Below, piece after piece: positions 40,561 to 54,229 of a stretch of DNA of 64,000 nt (positions are counted from its first letter, which is position 1; each line of letters starts with the position of its first letter). The position numbers and the translations under genes were made by a program. This DNA is from the human T2T-CHM13v2.0 reference genome, Homo sapiens. The notes under the pieces were generated by a model. It worked only from the letters and a program-made list of their open reading frames with translations. It ran no database searches and was not told the origin of the DNA. The stretch lies in NCBI RefSeq assembly GCF_009914755.1, contig NC_060932.1; one strand, written 5' to 3'.

Positions 40561-41192
40561 TCATAGGGCAGGCCTGCTTCCTCCTCCAGGTTGGTAATAT
40601 TGGTAATATTCCTTCAGCTCTCTGAAGACCTCTAACTCTTACCCTTACATTTCCTCAGGCCACATTCCACTCATTGATCAGTTCCTCTGCATGGAACATA
40701 CCTGCTCGTTTCAGCCTCCTTATCAACTCAGCTTATTCTTTCCAGGAAAATAAAACAGACATTGGAGAATTAGCTTTGGATTGCTAGTTAGTGCACCTAG
40801 AGTTGTAGAAAGAGCACAGTTTATGATTTTTTATTCTCAAGGTAAATTAGTAACATTTACTCCCCTAGATTTGCATCCTTTACCCAGATCTTCCTAATTA
40901 GTTACATGTGCAATCCTGGTTGTTAATGAAACCTACCTTAACCTGGGCCTTGCCCAGGAGGTGAGGATGGCCTAGGAGGGATTTTCCAAAGAGTTTGGAT
41001 ATTAGAAAACAAGTTAGGGTTTTCTACATGGTCACTGTTCTGAAATGGAGAGAAGAGGGGGATGAGAATAGCTTAGGTCATGAGCCAAGAGGTTACGGAT
41101 GTGTCATGACTCAAAATAACGGGAAGAGAATGACTTGGTAGATGGAAGAGCATGACTGGTCACCAGGGTGGTCATGAAAGTAGACCAGGGAT

Positions 41193-41790
41193 TGTGGTGG
41201 TCATCATTGTTTGTGCCCATCTAGCGTCACCTCCATTTTTACCTGGCAACTTCCTCTGGGGTCCCCCCATCTAAGTGACCAGGTGATCCAAGCTGACCAG
41301 GCAGAAATGGGCTCCATCAGCCAAATGACGCAGGAGACTTTACTGAGATTTCATTAGGACCACTGAAAAAAATTACAAATAAGTACTCCACAGGAATATT
41401 GGGCTAAATACTTATTTATAAGTATTAAGTATTTGCAAGTAATAAGTATTTCTCAGGAATAATGGGCTAATTCTCAGGAATAATAGGATAATAAGTATTT
41501 CTCAGGAATACTGGGCTAAAATGACCACATAGTCTAAAACCAATTGTCGGTGATTTGTTTTTCCTGCCATGCTAAAAAAAGAAAAAAAAAAATCACCTAA
41601 AGAATGAAGTCAACACATGGAGAAAATTTGAGCTAAGATATGATAGGAGAGACAAATACAAGATGATTTCATTTGAGCCCCTAGATCCAACTATTACTGA
41701 ATCCCCAGTCCCTAGACATTCCATGTATAGACAACTATAAATTTTTATTTTATCCAAGCCCTGATGCAACGATGAGTCCTGACTAATCCA
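41193..41790 (+). mobile_element. Old MLT1 (J/K-like) LTR
   Basis: agaatgaagtcaacaca...tttgagcccctagatccaact...gagtcctgactaatcca. Confidence 0.65.
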
Positions 41791-42399
41791 TGAATTGAGA
41801 GAAAGATCAGACTTTGAAATGTCCAGGAGCTATGTCCACAAACAACTGATACATAATTAGTGCAGAATTTGTTGCACAATGTCAAGGTCAAGATGGTTCC
41901 TTGAAGGTACTATACTGGGGTTTAAAAGTTTGAACTTTGCAATTACCCAGTGAGAATCGTTGAGTAGTCTGTCAGAAAGAAACATTTTAAGCCAAAGATG
42001 GGAAACTTAGCCAAGCGTCAGGGACTCCTAAAAAGGTGAGCAGTATCTTACCACAGTTATTCAGATCCCAAGTTGATATGACAGCCGTATTTTTTGGGTT
42101 GATAGAAAGAAACAAAGTATTCTACAAAATGGCAACATTGACAGTGTCCTACTGAGGTCTGGAGCATCATCACAGCCCCTCTCTGTGGAACTCTGCTTCC
42201 TTATTTAACGAACATTCATTCGTGCCTTCTGTGTTCAGGCAGTGTGCTTGGCATTGGGAAATGCAACCACGAGCAACCCCAGCACTGTGGCTACTCTAAG
42301 AGAACTCTCAATCTAGTGGGAGAGGTAATGTAATAAGCCCTTACAATGTAACTGCGAGAACAGGAAGATCACAGAATGACAAGGGATCACAGAGCAAAG

Positions 42400-43345
42400 A
42401 TACTAGTTTTCTAATACTATGAACCAAATTACCACAAGTTTAGTGGCTTAAACCAGCGGTCCTCAACCTTTTGGACACCAGGGACCTGCTTCATGGAGAC
42501 AATTTTAACACGGACAGGGGAGGGGGATGGTTTCAGGATGTAACTATTCCACCTCAGATCATCAGGCATTTGATTTTCATAAGGAGCACACAACCTAGAG
42601 CCCTGACATGCTCAGTTCACAATAGGATTTGTGCTCCTGTAAGAATCTAATGCAGCCACCGATCTGACAGGAGGTGGAGTTCAGGCAGTAATACTCGCTT
42701 GCCTGTCACTCACCTCCTGCTGTGCGGCCCAGTTCCTTACAGGCCACGGGCAGGACCAGTACCGTCTGCAGTCAGGGGTTGGGGACCTCCAGCTTAAACA
42801 ACACCCAGGCATAATTTCCCCATTCTGTAGGTCAGAAGTCTGGGTATTTCAGCTAGATTATTTGTTCATGGCCTCACAAGGCCAAAATTAAGGTGTTAGC
42901 CAGGCAAGGCTCTTACCTGGAGGCTTGCAGAAAGAATTTACTTCAAAGATTATTCAGACCATGGGCAGAATTCAGTTCCATGGGAAGGTAAGACTGAGTT
43001 TCCCGTTTTCTTGTGGGGGACTCTTTGCTCCTTCTAGTGACTGCTAGTCTCTCCAGTTCTTTCTCAGATGGCTCTACACATCTTCAAACCAGAAATAGCA
43101 CTCTGAATCTTTGACTCTCTCTGACTTTCCTTTTGCCTTCCTCTTCTGCCACTAGCCAAAGAAAATTCTACGCTTTTAAGGGCAAGTGTGATTAGTTTAG
43201 GTCAACCCAGATAACGTCCTCTTTTTATAACCACCTCACTTGGGATTTTAATCATATCTGCAATATCTCTTCACAGCAGTATCTGTATTAGTATTTGATT
43301 GAATAACCAGGAAATGGAACCCTAGCAGCATGTTTTGAATTCTAC
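42400..43345 (-). mobile_element. MLT1E/F-type LTR interrupted by MER1B
   Basis: aaattaccacaagtttagtggcttaaac|aacac...ttctgtaggtcagaagtc...ggcagaattcagttcc. Confidence 0.75.
42454..42791 (-). mobile_element. MER1B (hAT-Charlie)
   Basis: cagcggtcctcaacctttt...ggggttggggacctcca; perfect 8-bp TSD gcttaaac at 42446-42453 and 42792-42799. Confidence 0.9.
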
Positions 43346-43489
43346 TAAGCTAGACTGTGGGAATCACAGAAGGCTGCCTGTAGGAAGTGGTCTGTAAGCT
43401 AAGTTATAAAGAAGTAGTAGGAGTTAGCCAGGAAATTATAGAGTGAACAAAGATCTTAGCATAGGATCAAGGGAGTTCTAGGCAAATAG

Positions 43490-44146
43490 TAAGAGGTGAA
43501 ACCAGCCTGGCTTCTGGGTCAGGTGGGGACTTGGAGAACTTTTGGTCTAGCTAAAGGATTGTAAATGCCCCAATCAGTGCTCTGTGTCTAGCTAAAGGAT
43601 TGTAAACACACCAATCAGCTGTCTGTAAAAATGCACCAATCAGCACTCTGTAAAGTAGACCAATCAGCACTCTGTAAAATAGACCAGTCACCAGGACGTG
43701 GGTGGGGCCAAATAAGGGAATAAAAGCTGGCCACTCTGCACCAGCAGCAGCAACCTGCTGGGGTCCCCTTTCACCGTGCGGTGGCTTTGTTCTTTTGCTA
43801 TTCGCAATAAATCTTGCTGCTGGTCACTCTTTGGGTCCACACTACCTTTATGAGCTGTAACACTCACCGTGAAGGTCTGCAGCTTCACTCCTGTGAAGCC
43901 AGTGAGACCACGAACACACTGGGAGGAATGAACAACTCCGGACGCGCCACCTTTAAGAGCTGTAACACTCACTGCAAAGGTCTGCGGCTTCACTCCTGAA
44001 GTCAGCAAGACCACGAACCCACCAGAAGGAAGAAACGCTGGACACACCATCTTTAAGAACTGTGACACTCACTGCGAGGGTCTACGGCTTCATTCTTGAA
44101 GTCAGCAAGACCAAGAACCCACCGGAAGGAACCGATTCTGGACACA
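43490..44146 (+). mobile_element. LTR12 (ERV9) solo LTR
   Basis: U3 repeats tctagctaaaggattgtaaa and ccaatcagc; gggaataaaagc; caataaa; three U5 repeats ctgt(a/g)acactcac; ends ctggacaca; 4-bp TSD atag at 43486-43489 and 44147-44150. Confidence 0.93.
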
Positions 44147-44494
44147 ATAGGACAATGGAAAAAAAATCAGGATAACTGGAGTGAAGCCTAAAAGGCAAAA
44201 GAGGATTATTAGATGAGGCTAGAAGAGGAAGTAAAGGCCCCATGATAAAGGGACTGGTAAACCCTGCCCCACTTCCCAAGTCTCACTGAAGTGCATCTGG
44301 TTGAACGAACCTATGTTAGCACCGGGTATGTCTGAAATGGAAGCTTTCAGCTTTTTAGTCTCCGCAGGAGAGGAAGGTCTCCTAGAATGAGGCTCTATGC
44401 TGTAAATAAAATGCCTCAAACTTCAACACACATTAGGCACTCAATAACATATTCTCCACCCTTTCCCTTCATTTTTTTTGTATTCTCTTTTCTC

Positions 44495-44600
44495 TTGAGC
44501 CCTAATTCACAAATTCATTCTTTCAAAATGCTTGAATCCTAATTCACAAATTGATTCTTTCAAAATACACAAATTCATTCTTTCGAAATTCAAAATACAT
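44495..44600. repeat. Short imperfect tandem repeat (cacaaattcattctttcaaaat x3)
   Basis: Seen directly in the sequence. Confidence 0.8.
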
Positions 44601-45259
44601 ATTATTTTGAAATAACCCTTTTTCTGCCTGGAGCCACTGTGCACAAAAGGTACCATAATAAATACATTCATGTATCTGAGGAGCTCACAGTCCAGAGTGA
44701 GAAACTGATAGGTAATGTCAACAAATAAATCATAGAGCACGTGGGTAATAGATAATAAAGGCCATGAGGTTTTGAATGCCTTCTTTCATAATTTTAAAAT
44801 CCAAACCTGCCCCTTGGTTCTCGGGCCAGTTATTGAGCCTCCTCATCCCTAAAAAGAGGTAATAATAGCACCTCCCTCTGAGAGTTGCCACAGGGCTGCT
44901 AGATGTAACAAAGAAGTATTTAACCCAAGGCTTGGCACGCAGTCCGGGCTTTAGAGAGTGTTTGTTGGTATTATTCACAGGACCAAAGGATTTACTCAAT
45001 ATATATTTAGGAAGATGCATTATGTGTAAGAAACTGCAAAATTATTAAAAAGATTATGTATTCTACAGAAATCGTTCACTCAATACCCCTATCATCTCTT
45101 CATCTTACCCCTATATAAATGTCTTCTTTAGTTACTGTTCTTCATATTAAACAATACCTGCTTCTCTACCACTTGTAAACATCGATCCTAATCAAAAAAT
45201 GTCTTTGAGGAAACCAAGAGTTTGTGACACTTTATTTATCAAAAACTCTTCAAACATGA

Positions 45260-45784
<525 letters not shown>

Positions 45785-47122
45785 TAGAAAATGTCAATGC
45801 TTTCCTTATGACAACTATAAATGGATATTATAATCATTAAATGGATATTATAATCATTTTTTGTTCACTTATTGGTGATTGATCATGAAAAAGAAGCTCA
45901 GAGAAGGGGAGATATAGCCCCAGGGTCACGCAGCTAGCGAAGGACACATCTGGAATTTACACACTGACTCCAAAGAATGTTTTTAATCACACCTTTTTTT
46001 CTGATTCCTAATCCTATATATTTGAAAACAACGAGGCAATAATCTTATATTAAGTGATTTAGATCACTTCCCACAGCCTGCATATCCAGAAATGACTTTT
46101 ACTTATAAAAAATCAATGAACACATAATTCCACCAAGAGAGTTCACAAAACCCCCTGACCTAGAAGTGGTTGAATTATCATTCTCTATCTGGCTTGGTCT
46201 CAGAACAGGCCCATCTACCTTGGCAGACAAGGGTCAAGTTGTGATGAGCAGTGAATGTTTTATTAAGTGCTCTTTTCAGGGCTGAGCTACTGCTCCAGTT
46301 TCTTTAAAGAAGAGTCACCCCTGCACGCTCATCACCCACGCTGCTGGCTTTTACACCTTTCTAGGACACACAGATGCATGGGCACCTCCCATGTGCCAGG
46401 CACAGGGCTGGGTATATTGCCAGAGGCTGTTTGGTAACAACAAAAAAAATGAGTCCTTTGGTCCAAGTTTCAGATCAGCACAGTGAGGCCTCAACAGCTT
46501 AAGGGCCTTCCCTACAGCTGTGTAGCTCGAGCTACACACAGGGGCGCACATGTCTATTTAGGCAGCAGCTCACTCTTGGCAGAGACTGTATCTGAGTCTT
46601 CCCTGAACCCCCAGAGCCTATCATGGCACACAGCAGGTGCTCAATACATGTGCACTGATAATGAAATCAGGCACACTTCTCTAAAGATACTCTTACAACT
46701 TCCTTAAGGCAGAGACAGAAATAACAAACCAGTTTCATTTATAACATCTCAGAAGATTACTGTATCAGATATTCACCCTTCCTGCAGCATAACATTGCAT
46801 CCAAAAGAGACCAGCCATTCATCACGTGGGTCAGCTCAGTTCCTAAACAGCAGGCTCAGGTGGGGTGAGTTATTCTGCTCAGTGTGTGTATCAATTCTGG
46901 AGATTTATGGGGTGCACTCATAAATGCACACAGCAGAAGGATACAGCCCTGTTAAACTGTTCTGTGGCTGATTGGGGAAATGGGTGGGGGGCGACACAGT
47001 CAAAGTTAGAAGTTAATGGAGCCCATTCCTGAAACCCAAAGCCCTGCTGACACATCCTTAGAGTCCCTAGGATGAACCCAGAGCAGGTGCAGGGCCTGGC
47101 TGAACGGGATTGCCTGAATGGA

Positions 47123-47358
47123 ACCAAAGGATAGGCAAATGGGGCTTTACTCCTTTTAGAAACAATCCTTACCTAGAGAGCAAATGGTCAAACTTTGCAC
47201 CCAACAGATCTAAGTTTAAAGTCCAGCTCTACTAAATGACACCAAAGGATGGGCAAATAAGGCTTTACTCCTTTTAGAATCAATCCTTACCTAGAGAGCA
47301 AATGCTCAAACTTTGCACCCAACAGATCTAAGTTTAAATTCCAGCTCTACTAAATGAC
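47123..47358. repeat. 118-bp tandem duplication (2 copies, 6 mismatches)
   Basis: accaaaggat...ctctactaaatgac at 47123-47240 and 47241-47358. Confidence 0.93.
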
Positions 47359-47565
47359 TTCAGGCAACTCATTGGCGCCATCTGAGCCTCAATAATTGTT
47401 CATCTTTAAAATGGGGATAAAAATTTCTTTTTTTTGTAGTGTCATGATGAAGTGGGAAGACGTATTTAAGGCACTCAGTCTGTTTTCATTCAGTAAATAT
47501 CTGTTCTTCACCTACAGTGTGTCTGCTGGGGAGCCAAAAGCACAAATTTACTTCAGCTGCCAGCT

Positions 47566-47935
47566 TTGTCAGCTAGGGCTGTCATAATAAATAAAATACC
47601 ACACACTGGTGGCTTAAACAACAAAAGGTTATTTTCTCACAGCTCTGGGAGGTCCAAGATTAAGGAGTTGGCCAACTTATTTTCTGATGAAGAATCTCTT
47701 CCTGGCGTGTAAACTGCCACCTTCTTGATGTGTCTTCGCATGGTGAAGAAAGAGATTTCTGGTGCCTCTTCCTCTTCTTATAAGAGCACCAACCCTATCA
47801 GATTAGGGGCCTACCCTCAGGACCTCATTTAACCTTAATTATCTCCTTATAAGCACACTGTCCAAATGCAGTCACAGTGGAGGTTAGGATGCCAACATCT
47901 GAATTTAGAGAAGAACTCAATCCAGTAGATAGCAG
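47566..47935 (-). mobile_element. MLT1A/B solo LTR
   Basis: gctagggctgtcataa...ggcttaaacaac...gacctcatttaaccttaatta...caacatctgaattt. Confidence 0.8.
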
Positions 47936-49244
47936 CTACTCTCTGGGAGAGTTGAGAATTGGAAGGAACCACTCTGGAATTGGAAGACACCCGGTTTCAG
48001 GCTTGACAAGCAGCTGGCAGGAGTAATGCCCTTCCTTATCCACTTGCCAATCTCCTACTTAGTCTCTAACTCCAGCCCCAGCATCATCCCCTCTGTGAAG
48101 GCTCCTCTAGCTTCTCACCTCAAAATTAACCACCTCCTCTTCTGAGGTCCCATTGGCCTTCTTTTAAATATTAATTGAATTATGTTTCACACTGTATTGT
48201 ATAACTATCTGTTTACTTATTTGTGTTATTCATTGGAGTGTGAGTTTCATGAGAGCCAGGACTATATTTTATTCATCTCTGTCAGCCGGGGCTATGATAG
48301 GGGCTCAATAAACAGTGGATGGATAGATGGATGAATGTTTTGTCCCAACAGAAAGACCAAACACAACTACAGGCGAATCTGAGGCTTGAGCTGGTATCAG
48401 GGAGCATTATCAGTGAGGAATCACTCCTTCCTCCTGAACTGGGTTTTAAGACAAGATCCTAATTTCTGGGGATAAAGCTGGCAAGAGTGTGGCAAGTGAT
48501 TACATATAAGACTGAGGCATCGCGTAGTTTGTCAGACTTGGAAAGAAGCAGAAACAAAGGGCAATCTCAGAACAAGGCAGAAGGCTGGGGTATGATGGGG
48601 CCCACACTGCCACAGGCCAAGCAGCAAGGGATCTCAGGCTGGACAGTGGGTGGACGCAGGAGGCCTTGGGCTGGTTAAATATCTCATGATTTCTAGTCCT
48701 GGGAACTAGAGTTGCAGCCGAAGGTATCACGTTCTCTGTTACTGGAAAGAGAACTTGACCTCTGATGTGTGGAGAAGGGCTAAGCCCGTCTTGATCTCCT
48801 TGAGGTTAAAAATATTCGCCTGCCTGCATGCCTGCAGGTAACCAGCCAATGCCCCTGTAGGACTTAGCGCCTCTGTGCTAGACTAACTAAGGGCAAGAGA
48901 GAATTGGGTCTGAGATGGCTCTTTCTGTGAAAAACAAAAAGAAAAAAATAAGTTAGAGAGTGTATATAAATTTGGAACGACAAAACTAGAGCAAATGAAA
49001 CAAAATAGCTACCATTTACTAAGAGCCTGCTGTGTTCTTGGAACTATATTAACTGTTTCCCATATATTTCATGTAACCGAATTCTCAAAGCAACCCAATG
49101 AGGTGGGTAATGTCACGCTCATTGGGCATTTGAGGAAACAGGCTCAGAGAGGTTAAGTGACTTTCCCAAGGCCACAAAGCTAACAATTAAGACAATTAGG
49201 GAAAGATTCTGTTCTTGACATTTTCCACTTTCCTTTTGGATGCT

Positions 49245-49727
49245 ATATGGTAGGCTGAAAAACGCCCCCTACCCCAAATATCCATATTGTACCCCAAAAC
49301 TTGAAAACACTACCATATATGGCAAAGTGGACTTGAAGATGTGATTAAGTTAAGGATTTGGAGTTGGAGCTACTATCCTGTATTATCCAGGTAAACCCTA
49401 AGTCATTACAGAGGTCCTGCAAGGTAAGAATGTCAAAGGAGGAAATAGGAGATGTGACAACAGGAGTGATTTAAGGAAGGCGGCATGAGACAAGGAAGGC
49501 GGCATGAGACAAGGAAGGCAGGCAGCCTTCTGAAGCTAGAAAAAAAAAAACAACAGATCCTCTCCAAGAGCCACCAGAAGGAATCAGCCCTGCCACCACC
49601 TTGATTTTGGCCTAGTGGGGCTAATATTGCACTTCTGGCCTCCAGAATTGTTAGTAAATAAATTTGTATTGCTTTAAGCCACCAAGGTTATAGTAATTTG
49701 TTACAGTAGCCATAGGAAACTAATACA
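49245..49727 (+). mobile_element. MLT1D solo LTR
   Basis: gatgtgattaagttaagga...tattatccaggt...cttctggcctccagaa...ggaaactaataca; internal 19-bp duplication near 49473-49519. Confidence 0.8.
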
Positions 49728-50311
49728 AAGAATAAGATTTAAAAATTAAAAGACAAATGCTATAATGTGTTTGAGATAACATTACCTAAAGAGAATTTTT
49801 AAAAAGCAGGAAAAATCTCAACTGATTTAGTGATATTATAGAAGATGTAGAGTAGATGACCTCTGACTTTAGTTGACAAAGGAAGGGCACACTTGCTACC
49901 TCCCTCTCCTCCTAAATCCATAGTACAACTGCTTCAACTCAATCAAGGTGCTCTTCCCACTGAATTTTCACATATTCTTACAACCTACCTCATCTCAACA
50001 TTCCAAAATATCATGACAGATTATTCCAACATGGCACAAGAAGTGAAATCAAATCACCATCCTGGTTTACATGGTGGCTAGCTGAAAAGTCATAAGACCA
50101 TTTATTTTTTGGCCACTTAGCCTGGGTGAGAGGCATATAACAGAACTCTTCACAGACTTGATCCAGTTTCACTCTCACCAGCAACCTTGTGTAATTTGCA
50201 GAAAAATGACTATTACTAACACGTTTTTCAGAAGGGAAAAACTGAAACTCAGAGAAATCTAGTGATTTGCTTAATGTTATGCAAGGAGGCAGGATGTAAA
50301 TCCTAGGTCCG

Positions 50312-50709
50312 TGTCTTAGTTTGCTAGGGCTGCCATAGCAACATACCACAAACTGGGTGGCTTAAACAACAGAAATTTATTTTCTCACAATTCTGGAGGC
50401 TGGAAGTCCAAGATCAAGGTGTTGGCAGGTTTGATTTATTCTAAGGCCTTCCTCCTTGGTTTGCAGATGGCTGTCTTCTCCCTATATCTTCACGTGGTAT
50501 TATTCCCTCTGTACATCTGTGTCCCAATTTCCTCTTTTTATGAGCACGCCAGTCATATTGGGTTAGGGCCGCCCTAATAACCTCATTTTTAACTTAATTA
50601 CCTCCTTGAAGATTCTATCTCCAAATATAGTCACTTCCTGAGTTACTGAGGGTTAAGACTTTAACATATGAATTTGGGAGAACAAGAGGACACAATGCAG
50701 CCCATAAGA
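50312..50709 (-). mobile_element. MLT1B-like solo LTR inserted in a MIR
   Basis: tgtcttagtttgctagggctgccata...ggaggctggaagtccaagatcaagg...acaatgcagcccataa. Confidence 0.82.
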
Positions 50710-51955
50710 ATATTTAAGATTCTAGACTTATGTTCCTTTTTGTCTCTATCCATCTCACAGAATGGCACAATTATTCCTCTGCAAACACCACCAACTAACA
50801 TGAGCCTTCCCAATGTTATTATCCCAGGGTTCTGGGTTTCTGCTGGAGGAAATGCTATGACCTATTTACATAGATTAGCTTCAAGAAGGAGATGGGAGGG
50901 AAGAGTCTGGGCTACCAGGGCCAGAGTCTCTCAACCAAAATCAAGAAGTTCTTACATAACCAGTGACACAGCACGAGCCCTCTTCGAAAGCAGTGAAACC
51001 TCAATTGTCTAACAAACAATTCAAACTCTGAAAGCAGGAAATCTGCAATGAAATCAAAAGGGACCTATTTTGTTGCTTTCCCAGTTAGAGCTTGCTCTCT
51101 GTTTCTCTGACTGGTGACCTTTCAGCAATACAGAGCAGCTAGATTGAGGGGGCTCCCTCAGAGCAGGGACATTGAATGATGGGACAATGGCACCAGACCC
51201 TGTCGTGGTTGAGGGATAAACAGACAGCTCTTTATGAATGTGACCCCAGCTGGTCAAGCAATTTCTCAGTTTGATTACGTTTTCAATTAAGTTTTATTCT
51301 GAACACTATTTGGAATGGATAACTGTATTCCTTGTATATGAAAAATGAAATTGCTTTGGCAGATTCAGATATTTCCTTTGCAGGCAAAAAAACGAAGGAA
51401 AATGAAACAAGATTCAAGCTCTGGATGTCATAACCATTATGGCCCTGGGCAAAGACATTTTATCGTTCTTCCCACACCTTCTCCACACTCTTATTCCCCA
51501 CACATGCTGACACACAAACATCTTTTTGTGAACTTAAAGTTATGTTTCTGATAATGGCAAACAATTATTTTTTTCTTGAAAAATTGGTCCAAGTTTTTTA
51601 AATTGAAAAAAGAGTCATAGTAGGCCAATTCATCCCAAAGACAGTGTCTAGACTTTTATTAGAAGAATAAAACCAGTAGAATGGAAAGCCATTCTTTAAC
51701 TCTCTATTTGGCCTCTATCCCCATGTAAGCTAAAGAGGGGATTACTACACAGGAACTCATCATCATCATCATCCTATCTATAATTTAATGAGCACTTACT
51801 ATGTCCCACCAATTGTGCTAAATACTTCATAAGTGTTTCCACATTTAATCTTCACAACAATTCTATGATTGTGATGCTATTATAAGGCCCGTTTTGCAAA
51901 TGGGAAAACTTGGGCTTAGTAACTTCTGCAAGAGAGCACAGATGGTGATAATGCC

Positions 51956-52475
51956 TGTGGGAGGCAGAGTAGTAGCTCTCCAAAGATACCCACGTCATAA
52001 TCCTCAGAACCTGTGAATGCATCAACTGAGAATATATTAATTTATAGGGCAAAAAATACTTTACAGATGTGATTAAGAATCTTAAAATAGGAAGATTATC
52101 CTGGATTACCAAGGTAGACTTGATGTACCTCAAGGGGCCTTAAAAAGGAAAGAGGAAATAGACAAAGTAGATGAGTCAGAAAAGAAAATGTGACAATAAA
52201 CGCAGAGGTCAAAGGAATGCAATTGTTGACTTCAGAGGTGGAGGAAGAGGCCACAACAGAAGCTCTATGGGCAGACTCTAGAAGCTAGAAACACAAGGAA
52301 ATCGATATTTCTCAGATGTCTTCCCAAGGAACATAGCCCTGCCAACACCTTGATGTTAGTCTTGTCAGAGCTATTTTGTACTTTTTACCTCCAATTGCAG
52401 GATAATAAAGTTGTGGTCTTTTTAAGCAACTAAATTTGTGGTAATTTATTGTAGAAACAATAAGAAACTAATACA
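51956..52475 (+). mobile_element. MLT1D solo LTR
   Basis: tgtgggaggcagagta...gattatcctggattacc...agccctgccaacaccttg...gaaactaataca. Confidence 0.8.
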
Positions 52476-52784
52476 GTGCCTGCTCCATTCTCTCCTTTCA
52501 CAGTTCTGAAAGTTGAGCAAAGAACAACCTTCTGGGTTTGCTTAGAGCCTTATGGTACTGAAGATTTTCCACATCTTTTATCTCATTTTATCCCCATAAC
52601 AAGCCTGAGTGTCAGTGGGAGAACTTGCTAAGTCTTCAAACCAGCAGTGACCTCATAACTTAGTTGGCATGGAAGAAGATGAAGGTTTCTTAGGGGTAAG
52701 GAGCAAAAAAGTCCAAAATTTCCTAGACTGTGGTCTACCTAGACCAGGGCTTGACACAGAAGACACATTCAAGTAATGATGAAT

Positions 52785-52809
52785 GGTTGGATGGATAGAT
52801 AGGTGATAG

Positions 52810-52856
<47 letters not shown>

Positions 52857-52960
52857 TTGATAGTTGATAGATAATAGATAGATAAGAAGGTCAGATGGAT
52901 GGACTGGAAGGTCGGATGGATGGATGGAAGGATGGATGGATGGACACAGATAGATGGATG
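52785..52960. repeat. Compound (GATA)n/(GGAT)n tetranucleotide STR
   Basis: About 11 uninterrupted gata units at 52812-52855, plus degenerate gata and ggat blocks. Confidence 0.92.
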
Positions 52961-53718
52961 ATGCATCTATGTTTACTTTGATAGATGAATAAATAAAATA
53001 ATATATGTAAAGCACTTAGTACATGCCTAACATGCAGAAGATACTTAATGATAATAGCTACTGTCGGGCATTCTAGGTAAGGGTTGATGGCATTAAGGTC
53101 AAGGCATTAGGAATGATATATATACTGCCCTTCCTATCATTTTGACCTCCCCTTAGAGTTCTGAAGGCCATAAATACACACCCAAGTAAGAGGAAGTGTG
53201 AATTTAAGTACTATTTCATTGTGGGCTGCACAAGTGCCTGAAGCCCATTTCAGGGCTCTCTGTAGCAGAGACACATGACTTACATTCCTACAGGACTTAT
53301 TACTCTAGTTATTCTTCCCTTAACACCACCACTGCCACTACCACCACCATTTTCTTACCTCAGAAAGTAAGCCTTAGAACCACTCACTCAGGGATGATAA
53401 TGCAAGTGAGTCTATGACCTAAACAATTAGACTCTGTGTTCCACTACTCATACAGCTACCAGTGAGATGGATGGAACCATAAGGGGGCTTGGCTAAGCCT
53501 GCAACTGAGGCAAGGCCTGGAGCTGAGAGGCTGTTCCAAAGAGTGACTCAGCCCAGTAGAACTATAGACCATCAGTGTCATGAAGAACCCTAACCTACCT
53601 AATCAAATCCTCAACTTTTCCTATATTAAAGAAAAAAATCAAAAGGCTTGGGAAGAGACAGGCCAGGCAGAAGAAAGGGCAGAATTATTGCCCTTTTTAT
53701 AATTATTATTCGTTATAA

Positions 53719-53779
53719 TAGATGGATGCATGGATAGATGGATGCATGGATAGATGGATGCATGGATAGATGGATGGAT
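53719..53779. repeat. (GATG/GATA)-derived minisatellite with a 20-bp higher-order unit
   Basis: gatggatgcatggata-type unit repeated about three times. Confidence 0.8.
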
Positions 53780-54229
53780 CTTCTGATATCACTAATGTGA
53801 TAACAAAGAGAAAGCATGGGCAAAATTGATGAAAATAGTTTCTCTGGGGTAGCCCAAGTACATACATGGTGTAACAAGCTCAAGTATGGGTCAGAAAGGA
53901 AGAGAGAACTGACATAAACTGAATAACTGCTATGTGCCAGGACCCATAGATGGTACAATTTAAATCTCAAAACAAATACTGGGAAGAAAGCATTATCATT
54001 CCCACTTTAAGAAGAGAAGTTTAAGGCTCATGGATGTTAAGCAACTTACCCAAGATCACTCAGCCAGGAACTGGGAAAGCAAAGATTCAAACAGATTTGC
54101 TAACTACAAAGCCGTATTCCTTTCACTGTTTTCCACTGGGGTAAGTTTAGGGTTAAATTTAAGTAGGAGGGACCAGTCAAAAGCAGGTCATGCAATACAC
54201 AGATATTCTTTTAGTATCCTCAGATGCAG

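Noticed and set aside
43850-44146. Three spaced direct repeats that superficially resemble a repeat-spacer array
   Set aside because: They are the normal U5 tandem repeats of LTR12.
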